From Camelus ferus (taxonomy: Eukaryota), in assembly GCF_009834535.1 (NCBI RefSeq), contig NC_045696.1, positions 17,672,001 to 17,736,000 of the forward strand: a DNA stretch of 64,000 nt, written 5' to 3'. Shown here piece by piece: positions 63,829 through 64,000 of this stretch. Below the pieces are notes generated by a model, which saw only the letters and a list, made by a program, of their open reading frames with translations, searched no databases and was not told the DNA's origin. Numbering within the stretch: position 1 is the first letter of the stretch; each line of letters begins with the position of its first letter. The position numbers and the translations under genes are program-made.

Positions 63829-64000
63829 TATTTATAAACATCCAGGGTGGTACATTTCTTCTGCATAAATAATGCAAATATATGTTGATATTGATTGATA
63901 TTGATGCATATCTGTTTAGAATGAAAATTCTCAAAATGAGCAATGGAAATAATCTATATTATTTAATAAGCTTGAAGAAGATAAAGACATTTGGTTATCT

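Overview
64 kb of AT-rich, repeat-dense mammalian genomic DNA. It is probably from a camelid (camel, alpaca or llama), judging by a Vic-1-type tRNA-derived SINE at about 61.5 kb and cetartiodactyl-type L1 3' ends. I can recognise no intact host protein-coding exon, so the window looks intergenic or deep-intronic. Main content: (1) a young LINE-1 on the minus strand (3739-9627) with a perfect 14-bp target-site duplication (TSD), whose 5' UTR is joined directly to the middle of ORF1 at a splice-like CAG|G junction; (2) a TSD-flanked processed pseudogene of CHST10 (HNK-1 sulfotransferase, 15251-16437) that loses CHST10 homology after IQK(R) and ends in about 250 bp of other sequence with its own AATAAA and poly(A), possibly a fossil of an alternative-last-exon isoform; (3) many solo ERV/MaLR LTRs, one nested inside another, plus older L1/MIR fragments, hAT MITEs and microsatellites; (4) several tiny TSD-flanked retro-insertions, including a pure poly(A) insertion at the head of the SINE. 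Repeat subfamily names and the CHST10 exon boundaries come from recalled consensus sequences and need confirming with RepeatMasker/BLAST. Boundaries of old repeats are approximate.
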